Assembly (NCBI GenBank): GCA_049512075.1
Contig: JBEKXL010000007.1
Span: forward strand, 1-64,000
Length of the DNA stretch: 64,000 nt
Direction: 5' to 3'
Source: Candidatus Bathyarchaeia archaeon
Lineage (GTDB): Archaea; Thermoproteota; Bathyarchaeia; Bathyarchaeales; Bathycorpusculaceae
The position numbers and the translations under genes were made by a program. Each line of letters opens with the position of its first letter. Position 1 is the first letter of the stretch. Of this stretch, positions 19,844 to 29,905 are shown piece by piece. The notes below the pieces were generated by a model. That model saw nothing but the letters and a program-made list of their open reading frames with translations. It was not told the DNA's origin and made no database searches.

Positions 19844-21787
19844 ATGTCTCAGACGAAATCTCATCACAACTTCCCCATTCAATCGCTACTCTCTGCCAGG
19901 CTTCTGCTCAGCCCAAGAATCTCAAAGGACAGAATATACTTTCTGAGCGACATGAGTGGAGTTCTAAGTCTCTACGCCATGGATCGAGACGGCGGAATAC
20001 CTGAGCCACTGTTGCCGACCGGTCTTGCACTGCAGAATCCACACTTGATAATCGGTTATAATTACTTCATCCTCCCGAAATTGAACAAGGTTCTCGTGAT
20101 GATTGATGAAAACGGGAACGAAAACTACCAACCATGCTTCATTCCGCTTCACGGCGGCATTCCTGAACCAATCTTCGGAGACAAATACAAGAACCAACAA
20201 ATAGCCTGCATCAACTGCGACACCAAAAAGAACATCGCCTACTTCTTCCACGACGATCGCAAAACACCCAACCTGGAATGCTTGCGCGTCGACCTAGCCA
20301 CACTGGAAACAACGTCCCTGGGCACAAGCATCTACGGCAACTTCTACTTCGGCACCAATCCCACACACTCCACAGTCATACTCTCAGACGGCTACACTGC
20401 AGGAGACAACGTCCTCTACATAGTGCACAAAGGCAAAAAAGAAAGACAACTATTGTACGGCATACCCATCGACAAAAGAACGAAAAATCAACAAGTCAAA
20501 CTGCCCAACATTGGACAGTGCAACTTCACACAAAACGAAAAAGGCCTGCTCTTCAGATCCACCATCTTCAAAGACGAAGGATCACCAACCTACCTTCACC
20601 TAGACAACCCCGAAAACACCGTCGAAGTGCCCGTTCATGGCCTGCGGCACAAAGGCACAGGCGAACTAGTCGACATCCGACACACAGACAGTAACCTCTT
20701 CCTACTCGAATACAACATCGACGGCTGCAGCTGGCTGTACGAGTGCATATACCATGAAGGAAACGAAAAACGCAGCCTCACAGTGAAGCGCACACTGAGC
20801 GGCCTACCACCACTCGATCAGGGCGTTCTGATGGGAGACAACCAAGAGCTCCAAGGAGCCAAAACGGCGTACGTTCTGAGCCTCGCCAAGGCCAGCAGTC
20901 CAGCGCAACTCTATCTCTATCCACCGGCAACTCGCACCAAAGCCCCAAAAACGTTGTCAAATGAACGAGTCCTAGGAATCGAGCCGAAACTGCTTTCCAA
21001 GGGTGAAGACGCCAGCTACACAAGCTTCGACGGGCTGAGAATCTCCGCTCGCTTGTACCTACCCTCAAAACAACTAGACTTCAAGGGCCCCAGACCCCTA
21101 GTCCTGTACGTTCACGGAGGACCGCAAAGCCAAGAACGCCCCGACTTCACATGGTTCTCCATGCCACTCATCCAATATCTGACACTGAACGGCCTCGCCG
21201 TTTTTGTGCCAAACGTGAGGGGAAGCACAGGGTATGGTTTGAAATACATGAAACTGGTCGACCACGACTGGGGCGGAGACGACGTGAAGGACCATGTTGA
21301 AGGCTTGAGAATGCTCGAAAAGGACGCGCGCATTGACTCAGGAAGAAGAGCCGTGATCGGCCGCTCCTACGGTGGCTACATGACGCTAACACTAGCGGGG
21401 AAACACCCGAACCTGTGGAAAGCAGCTTGCGACATGTTCGGTCCACAAGACCTCATCGCGTTCATCAATCGACTTCCTGAAAGCTGGAAAACAAGCTTCT
21501 ACCTCGCGATGGGTCACCCTGAGAAGGACAGAGACTTCCTGATAGAACGTTCACCAAAAACCTACATGAAAAACATAAAATGCCCTATGCTCATCATTCA
21601 AGGCAGAAACGACCCCAGAGTACTAGAGATCGAATCAAGAGAGGCCGCAGAATACCTCAAAACCAACGGCACGGAGGTGGAACTCTTGGTCTTCGAAGAT
21701 GAAGGCCATGATGTAATGAAGTTCAAGAACAAAGTCATTTGCTACACAAAAATCACAGACTTCTTCAAAAAACACCTAAACCCGTAA
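19844..21787 (+). CDS. S9 family (acylaminoacyl/prolyl oligopeptidase) peptidase
   Basis: HGGP, NVRGSTGYG, GRSYGG, NDPRV, DEGH catalytic motifs. Confidence 0.93.
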   Translation: MSQTKSHHNFPIQSLLSARLLLSPRISKDRIYFLSDMSGVLSLYAMDRDGGIPEPLLPTGLALQNPHLIIGYNYFILPKLNKVLVMIDENGNENYQPCFIPLHGGIPEPIFGDKYKNQQIACINCDTKKNIAYFFHDDRKTPNLECLRVDLATLETTSLGTSIYGNFYFGTNPTHSTVILSDGYTAGDNVLYIVHKGKKERQLLYGIPIDKRTKNQQVKLPNIGQCNFTQNEKGLLFRSTIFKDEGSPTYLHLDNPENTVEVPVHGLRHKGTGELVDIRHTDSNLFLLEYNIDGCSWLYECIYHEGNEKRSLTVKRTLSGLPPLDQGVLMGDNQELQGAKTAYVLSLAKASSPAQLYLYPPATRTKAPKTLSNERVLGIEPKLLSKGEDASYTSFDGLRISARLYLPSKQLDFKGPRPLVLYVHGGPQSQERPDFTWFSMPLIQYLTLNGLAVFVPNVRGSTGYGLKYMKLVDHDWGGDDVKDHVEGLRMLEKDARIDSGRRAVIGRSYGGYMTLTLAGKHPNLWKAACDMFGPQDLIAFINRLPESWKTSFYLAMGHPEKDRDFLIERSPKTYMKNIKCPMLIIQGRNDPRVLEIESREAAEYLKTNGTEVELLVFEDEGHDVMKFKNKVICYTKITDFFKKHLNP

Positions 21788-22122
21788 ACTGGACAAAGAA
21801 ACAGACACTAGCCCCTCACCTAGAAAATGCCCGCGTTTCCTGCCCTTTCAGGCCCCAAAAAGCAGTGATGCTCCAAAAAGGGGGAAGCAGCAGGAGATGT
21901 CGCCATTTGGTGTCAAATCAGCCCATACGTACGGAAAGGACCTACAGTTCAGTCCACAAAGCGCGCACTAATGCTCGAAACAATCAATACGCCAGCCCCA
22001 AAAGAAACATTTCTACACCCGCTTCAGCTGGCCAACAACCGCGCACGTTGGATTAGGTATAGAGTAGGGTCTAATCTTGAAAAACGTCTTAATGACCTGA
22101 GACACCTCAGCCCATTGAAAAC

Positions 22123-23391
22123 ATGCGCAAAGAGGTGACAAAAATGGAAGGAAAAATCAAAACCCTGACTCACAAGCCTCGTCTGTCCATCGTTTTGGCG
22201 GCAGCAGTAATGACATGTTTGCTCATAGGAGGAACGCTCGGCTACGCAATTAGCAGCTTTACCACTTCAAGCCAAATCCACGACTTACAAATTCAAGTGT
22301 CAAATCTTCAAGAACAGGTCTCAGACCCCCAGTCAACGCAAAACTCATCCTCCCAAAACAACACCTATCTTCTGGGAGAAAACGTTTCCCTGTCCCAGTT
22401 ATACCTGCAGGTCAAAACCTCAATCGTCGTTGTTCAAGGAACAACCGCAACAGAATACTCCAACCCCTGGGGGCAACCCTACTACCAATACGGAGAGGTA
22501 CAAGGATCAGGGTTCATCTATAACTCAACAGGCCAACTTGTAATCGTCACAAACTACCACGTCGTAGACGGCGCAAACAACATCACGATAACATTCATAG
22601 ACGGAGACGCCTACGCGGCCAAAGTCATCGGTTCAGACCCCTACGCAGATCTTGCGGTTCTAACGTCGAACGCGCCACAGGGCGAATACCAAGTCCTCAC
22701 AACCACGAACTCATCAACCCTAAACGTGGGCGACCCAGTACTCGCAATCGGCACCCCCTACGGACTAGCCGGAACGGTAACTTCAGGAATAGTCAGCGCA
22801 CTCGGCAGAACAATCACCGAAAGCACGACAGGCGGATACCTCATAGCCGACTGCATACAGACCACGACGCCCATAAACCCCGGAAACTCGGGAGGCCCAC
22901 TCCTCAACTATGAAGGCGAAGTCATCGGCATAACCACCGCCGTCGAAACCAGCTCCCAAGGGATAGGCTTCGCAATCCCATCCAACACAATACTACGAGA
23001 AATCCAGTCTCTCATCACAAACGGCTCGTACAACAACCATCCAGCGCTGGGAGCATCAGGAACGGACATGAACTACGGGATCGCGGAAGCCATGAAAGTC
23101 AACGTGACCTACGGATGGCTAATCGTCCAAGTGACAAGCGGAGGAGCAGCCGACAAGGCAGGCCTCAAAGGCGGCACGACTCAAACCCAAATCGAAGGAA
23201 CAACGGTAACCCTCGGAGGCGACATCATAACAGCCATCGAAGGCACAAGAATCACAAGCATAGATGATCTTTCAGCCTACCTTGAAGAGTACACTCTTCT
23301 AGGCCAAACAATAAACGTAACAATAGTAAGAAACAACCAAACCCTAACCTTGCTAGTCGAACTGCAGACCCGACCGCCACCATCAACGTAG
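22123..23391 (+). CDS. htrA: HtrA/DegP-like serine protease with PDZ domain, membrane anchored
   Basis: TNYHVV, DLAVL, INPGNSGGPL, C-terminal PDZ. Confidence 0.93.
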   Translation: MRKEVTKMEGKIKTLTHKPRLSIVLAAAVMTCLLIGGTLGYAISSFTTSSQIHDLQIQVSNLQEQVSDPQSTQNSSSQNNTYLLGENVSLSQLYLQVKTSIVVVQGTTATEYSNPWGQPYYQYGEVQGSGFIYNSTGQLVIVTNYHVVDGANNITITFIDGDAYAAKVIGSDPYADLAVLTSNAPQGEYQVLTTTNSSTLNVGDPVLAIGTPYGLAGTVTSGIVSALGRTITESTTGGYLIADCIQTTTPINPGNSGGPLLNYEGEVIGITTAVETSSQGIGFAIPSNTILREIQSLITNGSYNNHPALGASGTDMNYGIAEAMKVNVTYGWLIVQVTSGGAADKAGLKGGTTQTQIEGTTVTLGGDIITAIEGTRITSIDDLSAYLEEYTLLGQTINVTIVRNNQTLTLLVELQTRPPPST

Positions 23392-23418
23392 CCGCACGCT
23401 GGCATCCTCTTTTTCCAT

Positions 23419-23590
23419 GGGCGCACCATTCCTTTTTCAGCAGGCTCAGTATGAGAAAACCCCAGTTCCTGCACGATCTTCTGTAGCCCCCAGGATGTGC
23501 CTTCTCTCAACAGCCAAAACTTGCGCATCAAACAAGCTCATAACAAGCCCGAATAGACAGAGCCAGAACAAAAATTCCAGCGCGCGCTTA
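23419..23590 (-). mobile_element. GCGCGC-bounded wHTH mini-element copy 2 (degenerate)
   Basis: Minus strand AAGCGCGCGCTGG...ATG: MSLFDAQVLAV/LREGTSWGLQKIVQELGFSHT then deletion to AAAAAGGAAT. Confidence 0.7.
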
Positions 23591-23771
23591 GCACCTCTTC
23601 CTTTTTCTCTAAGGTTCCTTTACGGGTCCGATTTTATCACCCGATTTTATCACGCAAGTAAATCTATCTTGAAAATCAAAAAACAAGGCAGGTTAAGGTA
23701 ACTACTACTAGCAGTTACCCTATATAGTCTTAGATTTTCCTTTTCCAACGTATAGCGCATTTTAAAAGGGG

Positions 23772-25058
23772 TTATGGGTTGTGTTGTCCGTAGTGAAGCG
23801 CGAGTATTACAAGATCGCTGAGGCCGACTGCTTCGTTGTTATCTATGTCTGCGTTTGGGTTCCAATGGTGTGGGGTTCCAGGTGTGCCTCCTGATGCAGG
23901 GGTCGTTCCGTAGGCAAGTGCCAGTAACACCAAGTCCTGAAGGTTGACTTTGCAGTCGTTGTTTATATCGCCTGGAATGTGAAACCAAATCCGCATCAGA
24001 GGATACATGTCGGTGTTGTTACTATCTAGATGGTTCGGATTGTCTATTATTCCATCAGAGCCTGTTATGTTCTGGAAGGGTCCATTGAAATGGTCAGCAC
24101 CTGAATAGTCGCTCCAATAATTCCCGCCAAGCGGATAAGAACTGTTCCAGGCATTTACTTCGCCCGTATCGTCAACCTGTTGATGATTGTTAACGAAGTT
24201 GTTGTGGAAGAAGGTGTTGTTAGTTGCGTTATCCCTGAGGCGGACGCCAGATTGGCTGTTCGACGTTATATTGTTTCCTACCACAGTGTTATTAGTTGAC
24301 CAGTCGAACCATATACCCTCGTTGTTGTTCGCGATATTGTTCTCAGACACAGTGTTGTTGTGTGATGAAGAGACAAGTAGCCCAATTGTATTATCCGTCA
24401 GATTGTTTCGAGCTATAGTGTTGTTCTCACTATTAGTGCCAAGGTCAATGCCATCGGCATCATTCCACACAGTGTTATTGTAAAGAGTATTCCTGTCGCA
24501 GCCTGTGTTTAGCAGTATACCGTCGCCATTGCTTGTCATAGTGTTATTCGATATAGTGTTATTGGATGATGAATCGAGCTCGATACCATAGTAGCCGTTT
24601 GTTATGTTGTTTCGATTTATGGTATTCCCATTTGATGAAGAGTCAACTCGGACGCCTCTACCGACCGCGTTATTCAACATTATGTTGCCAGTAATATTTC
24701 CGCCAATTGAAGAATTGCAATATATGCTTGTCAACGCATTTTGTATCATGAAGCCCGTTAGAGTCACGTTGTCTGCAGAAACGGTGAACCCGGTATTTCC
24801 ACCGTCAACTATGGTGTTCGAAGAATTCTCCCCGATAACCAAGAGGGTTTTATTCACGACGACGTTTTCATTGTATGTTCCTGCTCTTACGTACACCGTG
24901 TCTCCCGAACTTGCATGGTTTATGGCTAGCTGAATTGTTGGATAGTCATCTGGAACTTTTATCGTTCTTGCCTTGACCGATTGAATCTCAAATGCCGAAA
25001 TAAACACGCTTGTTACGAGTAACACTAGAATTATTGCGGTAACAGTCTTCCTAGACAA
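23772..25058 (-). CDS. secreted NosD/parallel beta-helix protein with C-terminal dockerin-like domain
   Basis: Signal peptide, VPDDYPTIQ, Asn-rich repeats, GNYWSDY, GDINNDCKVNLQD...DIDNN. Confidence 0.9.
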   Translation of the reverse strand: MSRKTVTAIILVLLVTSVFISAFEIQSVKARTIKVPDDYPTIQLAINHASSGDTVYVRAGTYNENVVVNKTLLVIGENSSNTIVDGGNTGFTVSADNVTLTGFMIQNALTSIYCNSSIGGNITGNIMLNNAVGRGVRVDSSSNGNTINRNNITNGYYGIELDSSSNNTISNNTMTSNGDGILLNTGCDRNTLYNNTVWNDADGIDLGTNSENNTIARNNLTDNTIGLLVSSSHNNTVSENNIANNNEGIWFDWSTNNTVVGNNITSNSQSGVRLRDNATNNTFFHNNFVNNHQQVDDTGEVNAWNSSYPLGGNYWSDYSGADHFNGPFQNITGSDGIIDNPNHLDSNNTDMYPLMRIWFHIPGDINNDCKVNLQDLVLLALAYGTTPASGGTPGTPHHWNPNADIDNNEAVGLSDLVILALHYGQHNP

Positions 25059-25199
25059 CTATCTCCTCTCTCCAAGTTCTAGTATCAGCCTGCCACGTTA
25101 AAAAGATTTGTGAAATAAGATTCCATGTCGATCCCCATTACTTTTTCCCTTTCTTTTCCCAACCTTATTTTTCCCAGGTTCCTTAGGAAAAATTATAGG

Positions 25200-25462
25200 A
25201 GTCTCTTCCCTTGCCTACCCCTTCTCCCCAAGTGTGTGTGTTCGTGTGTGTGTGCACGGTATATATAGTGTGTAAGGAAGAATGGGAGTAGGAGAAGGAG
25301 TAGGCCAGAGAGTAAGAGTTAGTAGTAGAGAGAGCGAGCGTGCGTGCGTTCTAAGGATAAAACTTTACTCCCAAACACACACATCTACTTCTTTCTATTT
25401 CTCATTCTCTCTCTTTCTCTACCCACATACAAACAAACAAAAACAAACAAACAAAACAAACC
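25200..25462. repeat. low-complexity region (pyrimidine/purine blocks, GT, TA, CAAA repeats)
   Basis: GTGTGTGTG, TATATATA, GGGAGTAGGAGAAGGAGTAGG, (CAAA)n seen directly. Confidence 0.75.
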
Positions 25463-25582
25463 CTTTACCTTGAAGCGCGCGCTAGCCTCATCCATGGGTC
25501 AAGCCAGCTTAAGAGAGTAATGGAAGTTAGTTCTATTTGTCCTAGAGTTTGTTTTCCGCGCGCGCGATGTCTCCACTGTGGT

Positions 25583-25607
25583 GTGGGTTCAAATCTCTCC
25601 GGGCCGC
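25583..25607 (+). other. degenerate tRNA 3'-end fragment (att-like scar)
   Basis: GTGGGTTCAAATCTCTCCGGGCCGC resembles T-arm plus acceptor strand; no 5' half. Confidence 0.45.
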
Positions 25608-25618
25608 TGTGGCGCGAG

Positions 25619-26170
25619 TCAATTAAAGCTGGACAATACCTTCCGTGCAAAATCCTTGGCTTTTCCTAAATCTTCTGGACTTGGATGCTTTCGGGCTTCT
25701 TCTATATAAGCTTCCCATTCATCGTCTGACCTGATTACCTCAGTGTGTATGAATTCCTGAATTGGAAGGCAAGGCGCGCCTTGACAGTTGTAGTATCCTC
25801 TGAAATCGACTTGCTTTTCTTTGCTTATGTTCTCAAAGGAATCTATGCATTTAGAGGCCCATCTGTTGAAAAACGCGCGAGCATGTTTGTTTTGTTCTGG
25901 AGTCCACGTTGAGTGCGTGAAGAACCCTGCTAGTTTGAACCTTGGTGATTTGGGAAGCGCGTTCAAGACTCTTTTGACTGGGGCTGCCAAATCTGCCGAA
26001 TGACAAGCAGAACCTAGGAAAACTAGGTCATAATCATTCATAGTATCTGCGGTGATATCCTCTATTCTCTTCAGGTGCGTTACATGTTCTTTTGAAGCCT
26101 CTTCACAAATGACTTTGGCAATTTTCTCCGTGTTTCCAGTTTCACCGTAGTAAACGACCAGCACTTTCAA
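25619..26170 (-). CDS. flavodoxin-like protein
   Basis: VYYGETGNTEKIA...YDLVFLGS. Confidence 0.88.
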   Translation of the reverse strand: MKVLVVYYGETGNTEKIAKVICEEASKEHVTHLKRIEDITADTMNDYDLVFLGSACHSADLAAPVKRVLNALPKSPRFKLAGFFTHSTWTPEQNKHARAFFNRWASKCIDSFENISKEKQVDFRGYYNCQGAPCLPIQEFIHTEVIRSDDEWEAYIEEARKHPSPEDLGKAKDFARKVLSSFN

Positions 26171-26272
26171 CTCGATACCCTCTTCTGATGTTTTTTAGGG
26201 TAAGCATTCTTATTTGCTTTTGCGTCTGTCGCATAGTTTCGTCCTCTAAAGACTAAGAGGAGCGTCTTCTAA

Positions 26273-26476
26273 ATGGGAAGTAGGGAAACTGGTAGAATTC
26301 GAAGGATGATAAAGGAGCATTCCCGGCATCCTCAACCTTGGGGTAAACATTGTTGTGAGTGCAATAATTTCAAATGGGAGTGGATAGAGGGCAAGCAGCT
26401 TCGAAAGAAATATTGTTCCAAATGGGCTAAGGAGGTCAACCCTGATAAGTGGGGTTGTTTCTATTTGTTTCATTAG
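26273..26476 (+). CDS. small Cys/Trp-rich hypothetical protein
   Basis: AGAGGAG RBS; CCECNNF...YCSKW...GC pattern; stop TAG overlaps TAGCGCGC. Confidence 0.5.
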   Translation: MGSRETGRIRRMIKEHSRHPQPWGKHCCECNNFKWEWIEGKQLRKKYCSKWAKEVNPDKWGCFYLFH

Positions 26477-26691
26477 CGCGCATGCGTGTTCCTAAAATGG
26501 TTAAAAATGGTATTTATTCTTTTTAGGGCTTTGGAGGCAGTTTTGAGGCGCACATCTGTCTTTGACCTTCTTGCACTGTCCGTCTCAACACAGCCAAGAC
26601 CCACTATCAAGCAGTCCAAATCAAACGCAGATAGGCAAAAGAAGAATAAAACCCATTTTACACCAATTTAGGAACAAGCATGCGCGCGCTA
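26474..26691 (-). mobile_element. GCGCGC-bounded wHTH mini-element copy 3 with both ~45-bp TIRs
   Basis: TAGCGCGCATGCGTGTTCCTAAAATGG ... CCAATTTAGGAACAAGCATGCGCGCGCTA; interior LAVLR joined to GQCKKVKDRCAPQNCLQSPKKE*. Confidence 0.85.
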
Positions 26692-26752
26692 ATGTGGTCT
26701 ATCGGCCTTCGGCGTGTGCATGTAGAATTGATGCTCGCACTTTTTGGTGCAG

Positions 26753-27217
26753 CTACAGTGAGCGGTTGTTCTTTTCCGGTAGCCAGTAGGCTTTTTTCTC
26801 TCCTTTTTGGGTTATGACGTGTTCTTTCTTGAAGATGGGTGCTTCACTCTTGTATCTTTCTACGGCTTCTTGAAGGATGGGGAAGATGTTTTGGCGGTGG
26901 GAGCCTGCGACCATGACATACACTATATCTTCGCTGGGGCTGAATTCTCCGAGCATGTGGTGTATTTGGACGTCTGTTACGCCTGACTTCTTTCGCAGGT
27001 CGTCGCATATTTCCGCGAGCGTTTGGTTTGCCTTTTCCTCGTAGGCTTCGAGTTGCAGTTTTTCAACTTTTTCGCCTCTTTTTGCTTCCTCGCGAACCAC
27101 TCCGATGAATAGTGTGATTGCTCCGGCCTTTTTGAAGTTGGGTTCTTTCTTGGCGTTGTTTATCATGTCAAGAAGAGAGAATGTTCCTTTTTGATGAACT
27201 CCCGCTCGTTTCGCCAT
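26753..27217 (-). CDS. moaE: molybdopterin synthase catalytic subunit
   Basis: GAITLFIGVVR, LEAY, SHR, PIFKKE. Confidence 0.92.
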   Translation of the reverse strand: MAKRAGVHQKGTFSLLDMINNAKKEPNFKKAGAITLFIGVVREEAKRGEKVEKLQLEAYEEKANQTLAEICDDLRKKSGVTDVQIHHMLGEFSPSEDIVYVMVAGSHRQNIFPILQEAVERYKSEAPIFKKEHVITQKGEKKAYWLPEKNNRSL

Positions 27218-27272
27218 GTTGTCACCAAGGGCTGATTTGTGCTGGTTCTGTGGGTTTGCGCGTTGTTTCTGG

Positions 27273-28313
27273 TCAGACTGTCTTTATGTATTTGCGTATG
27301 TCCTCCGGCGTGGCGGAGGGAACGGGCATGTCTTTCATCGTGTACAAGCCGGCTGGCGCGTTGATTACTCTTGGAATTGCGTTGACGACGACTGCCACTG
27401 TTCCTATGTCGCCGTGGACGCAGGGTTGGATTTTCTGGTTGATGTTCGGAACGCCCTTGATTGTTATCGAGTCGTATTCTTCTTCGGCACCTATGTACGC
27501 TTGGAAATCCAGGTTTATCACTTCTCTGTTTTCCATTATGCCCTTTGCTTTCTGTTTCAAGCCGGCCACTTTCCCCGCGTTGACTTTTATGTCCTTGCTT
27601 TCAACGGTTTTCTTGGCGATCACCGGTTCGACGGATTGCACGACTATCTTGTCAAGTTTCCATGCTAGGGCGCTGGCGATCATGCTGATGGACTGTTCGA
27701 GGCCTACGTGTCCGGTGATATTCTTCTCGCTGATTTTCTTTTGAAATTCTTCGACGGTTAACCCTGCTCCTATCTTTTTCTGGAACGGTACGCGCCTCGT
27801 ACCTGCGTTCATAACCCTTGTTACTTCGATTCTCTCTATCTTTTCGCAGGCCGAAGTGAGTGTGATTGCCAGCGTGTCCATCAGAAACCCGGGGTTTATC
27901 CCTGTGCCTAGGACTGTTGCGTCATGCTTCTTGGCCAGGGCGTCTAGTTGTTCCGCGAGTTTTGGCTCGGAACCATAGGGGTATGACAGTTCTTCGCAGG
28001 TTGATATGACGTTGACGCCTTGTTTCAGGATTGAGGCTATCTGTGGATACGTGTCCTTGAGGAAGGATGAGGTTGTGTGGATTGCGATGTCCGCCTTTGT
28101 CTTCTGGAGCGCGGATTCGATGCTTTCTGAAATCTTGATTCCGACTTTTCGTTTCAGGTCCAAGACTTCGCCTAGGTCTTTTCCAACCTTGTCTTTGGCC
28201 ACGTCAACCGCGCCGACTATTTCTACTCCTTCTTTTTCAAGCAAGAACTTGGCGATGAAACCGCCAACAGCACCCATCCCGTACGATATCACCTTTACCT
28301 TCTCCATGAGCAC
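27273..28313 (-). CDS. DapB-N-like NAD(P)-dependent dehydrogenase (Ord/amine dehydrogenase family)
   Basis: YGMGAVG Rossmann, STCEEL, GTGINPGFLMD, HGDIGT. Confidence 0.8.
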   Translation of the reverse strand: MLMEKVKVISYGMGAVGGFIAKFLLEKEGVEIVGAVDVAKDKVGKDLGEVLDLKRKVGIKISESIESALQKTKADIAIHTTSSFLKDTYPQIASILKQGVNVISTCEELSYPYGSEPKLAEQLDALAKKHDATVLGTGINPGFLMDTLAITLTSACEKIERIEVTRVMNAGTRRVPFQKKIGAGLTVEEFQKKISEKNITGHVGLEQSISMIASALAWKLDKIVVQSVEPVIAKKTVESKDIKVNAGKVAGLKQKAKGIMENREVINLDFQAYIGAEEEYDSITIKGVPNINQKIQPCVHGDIGTVAVVVNAIPRVINAPAGLYTMKDMPVPSATPEDIRKYIKTV

Positions 28314-28462
28314 TTTGCCCTCCTCAGAGCGTATGTTTTATTCGGGTTTGACCATATAAAAGTGTGTCTGAGCAGCGCTTGACTTGGATGTTAATTTAAA
28401 ACCTTTACGTTTGTAAACTTTTATATCTATGGCAACGCCCAATAAAGGGGAGGGCGCAAGGG

Positions 28463-29905
28463 TTGGAAAGTTCAGGAACTGGTGTCTCCAAACAAGTTCT
28501 TGAAAGGATTCTGGATACTGAGAAGCTCAAGTACTGCTTCGAATGCGGCATCTGCACAGCCAGCTGTTCCATGGCTGAGATGCTTGGAAACGACTACAAC
28601 CCCCGGACTCTTCTGGAGGAGATTTACCTGAACCCGGAAACCGTGCTCGGTTCGGATGAGCTTTGGCTGTGCGCTTGGTGTTACCGCTGCCAAAAACGTT
28701 GCCCACAAGGCTTGAAACTCCCTGAGATATTCTTGTCTATCAGGTCAATCGCCAAGGAACATGGCAACGTCAAGTCCTTTGACAGGGCTCTTCAAAAAAT
28801 CGTGAAAAACATTCCCCTTCCGCTCATCACAACATTGGTTTGCTTCCACCCTGAACGTGCTGGACTCGAAAATGAGAAAGTCCTTGAACAGATTGAGCAG
28901 ATTCGCGGAGAATGGCTCAAGACGAAGAAGGCCGAGAAATCAGCGAAAGCGGCAGAAAAGGTTGCGGTCATAGGCTCTGGGCCGGCGGGTCTTACCGTCA
29001 CGTATGAATTGAGCAAAAAGGGGTATCCGGTCACCATTTTTGAAGCTCTTCCAGAACTCGGCGGGATGCTTAGGAAGTGCATACCTGAGTATCGTTTGCC
29101 CAAGAAGGTTTTGACCAGGGAGATCCAGTTCATAAAAGACTTGGGCGTCGAAGTCAAAACGGGTACGGAAGTTGGTAAGGATGTTCGTTTTGAGGACTTT
29201 CAGAAGGAGAGTTACAGGGCAGTTTTCATTGGTGCAGGGGCTCATAAGAGTCAGGGGTTGAGGGTTGAAGGCGGAGACTTGAATGGGGTAACTCATGCTC
29301 TTGACTTTTTGTGGGGTTCAAATTCTGGCAAGAAACTGGAAATCGGCAAAAACGTTGTCGTAGTCGGAGGCGGAAACGTCGCTGTTGACGCTGCAAGAAC
29401 CGCTTTATTCAAAGGGGCAAAAGAGGTTACGATACTGTATCGTAGGTCGAAGGAGGAGATGCCCGCAAACCTGTGGGAGGTCAAAGAGGCAGAGGATGAA
29501 GGTGTGAAAATAGAGTTTCTGGTCTCACCTAAGAAGATTTTGGGAGAAAAGGACAGGGTTTCTGCCATAGAGTGTGTTCGCATGCAACTAGGCGAGCCAG
29601 ATGAGAGCGGCAGGAGGAAGGCATTTCCTGTGGAGGGTTCGGAGTTTAAACGGGAAACTGACATGGTGGTTCTTGCTATAGGCGAGGTTCCGGACGTGGG
29701 GTTTTTGCCAAAGCAGGTTGAGTTGAACGATGATGGCACGGTTTGGGTTAACCCTATAACGATGGAAACCAGCATGCCCGGCCTTTTTGCTGGCGGAGAC
29801 GCTGTAACTGGGCCTGCGTCGGTGATAGAAGCGATTCGAGACGGAAAGCGGGCCGCAGAGTCAATCGAATCTTATTTGAAGTCTGAGGAGAGAGTGAGAA
29901 AATGA
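28463..29905 (+). CDS. HdrC-like 2[4Fe-4S] domain fused to GltD/SudA-like FAD-NAD(P)H oxidoreductase
   Basis: CFECGICTASC and CAWCYRCQKRCP; GSGPAG, IPEYRLP, GGGNVAVD, YRRS, FAGGD. Confidence 0.88.
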   Translation: MESSGTGVSKQVLERILDTEKLKYCFECGICTASCSMAEMLGNDYNPRTLLEEIYLNPETVLGSDELWLCAWCYRCQKRCPQGLKLPEIFLSIRSIAKEHGNVKSFDRALQKIVKNIPLPLITTLVCFHPERAGLENEKVLEQIEQIRGEWLKTKKAEKSAKAAEKVAVIGSGPAGLTVTYELSKKGYPVTIFEALPELGGMLRKCIPEYRLPKKVLTREIQFIKDLGVEVKTGTEVGKDVRFEDFQKESYRAVFIGAGAHKSQGLRVEGGDLNGVTHALDFLWGSNSGKKLEIGKNVVVVGGGNVAVDAARTALFKGAKEVTILYRRSKEEMPANLWEVKEAEDEGVKIEFLVSPKKILGEKDRVSAIECVRMQLGEPDESGRRKAFPVEGSEFKRETDMVVLAIGEVPDVGFLPKQVELNDDGTVWVNPITMETSMPGLFAGGDAVTGPASVIEAIRDGKRAAESIESYLKSEERVRK

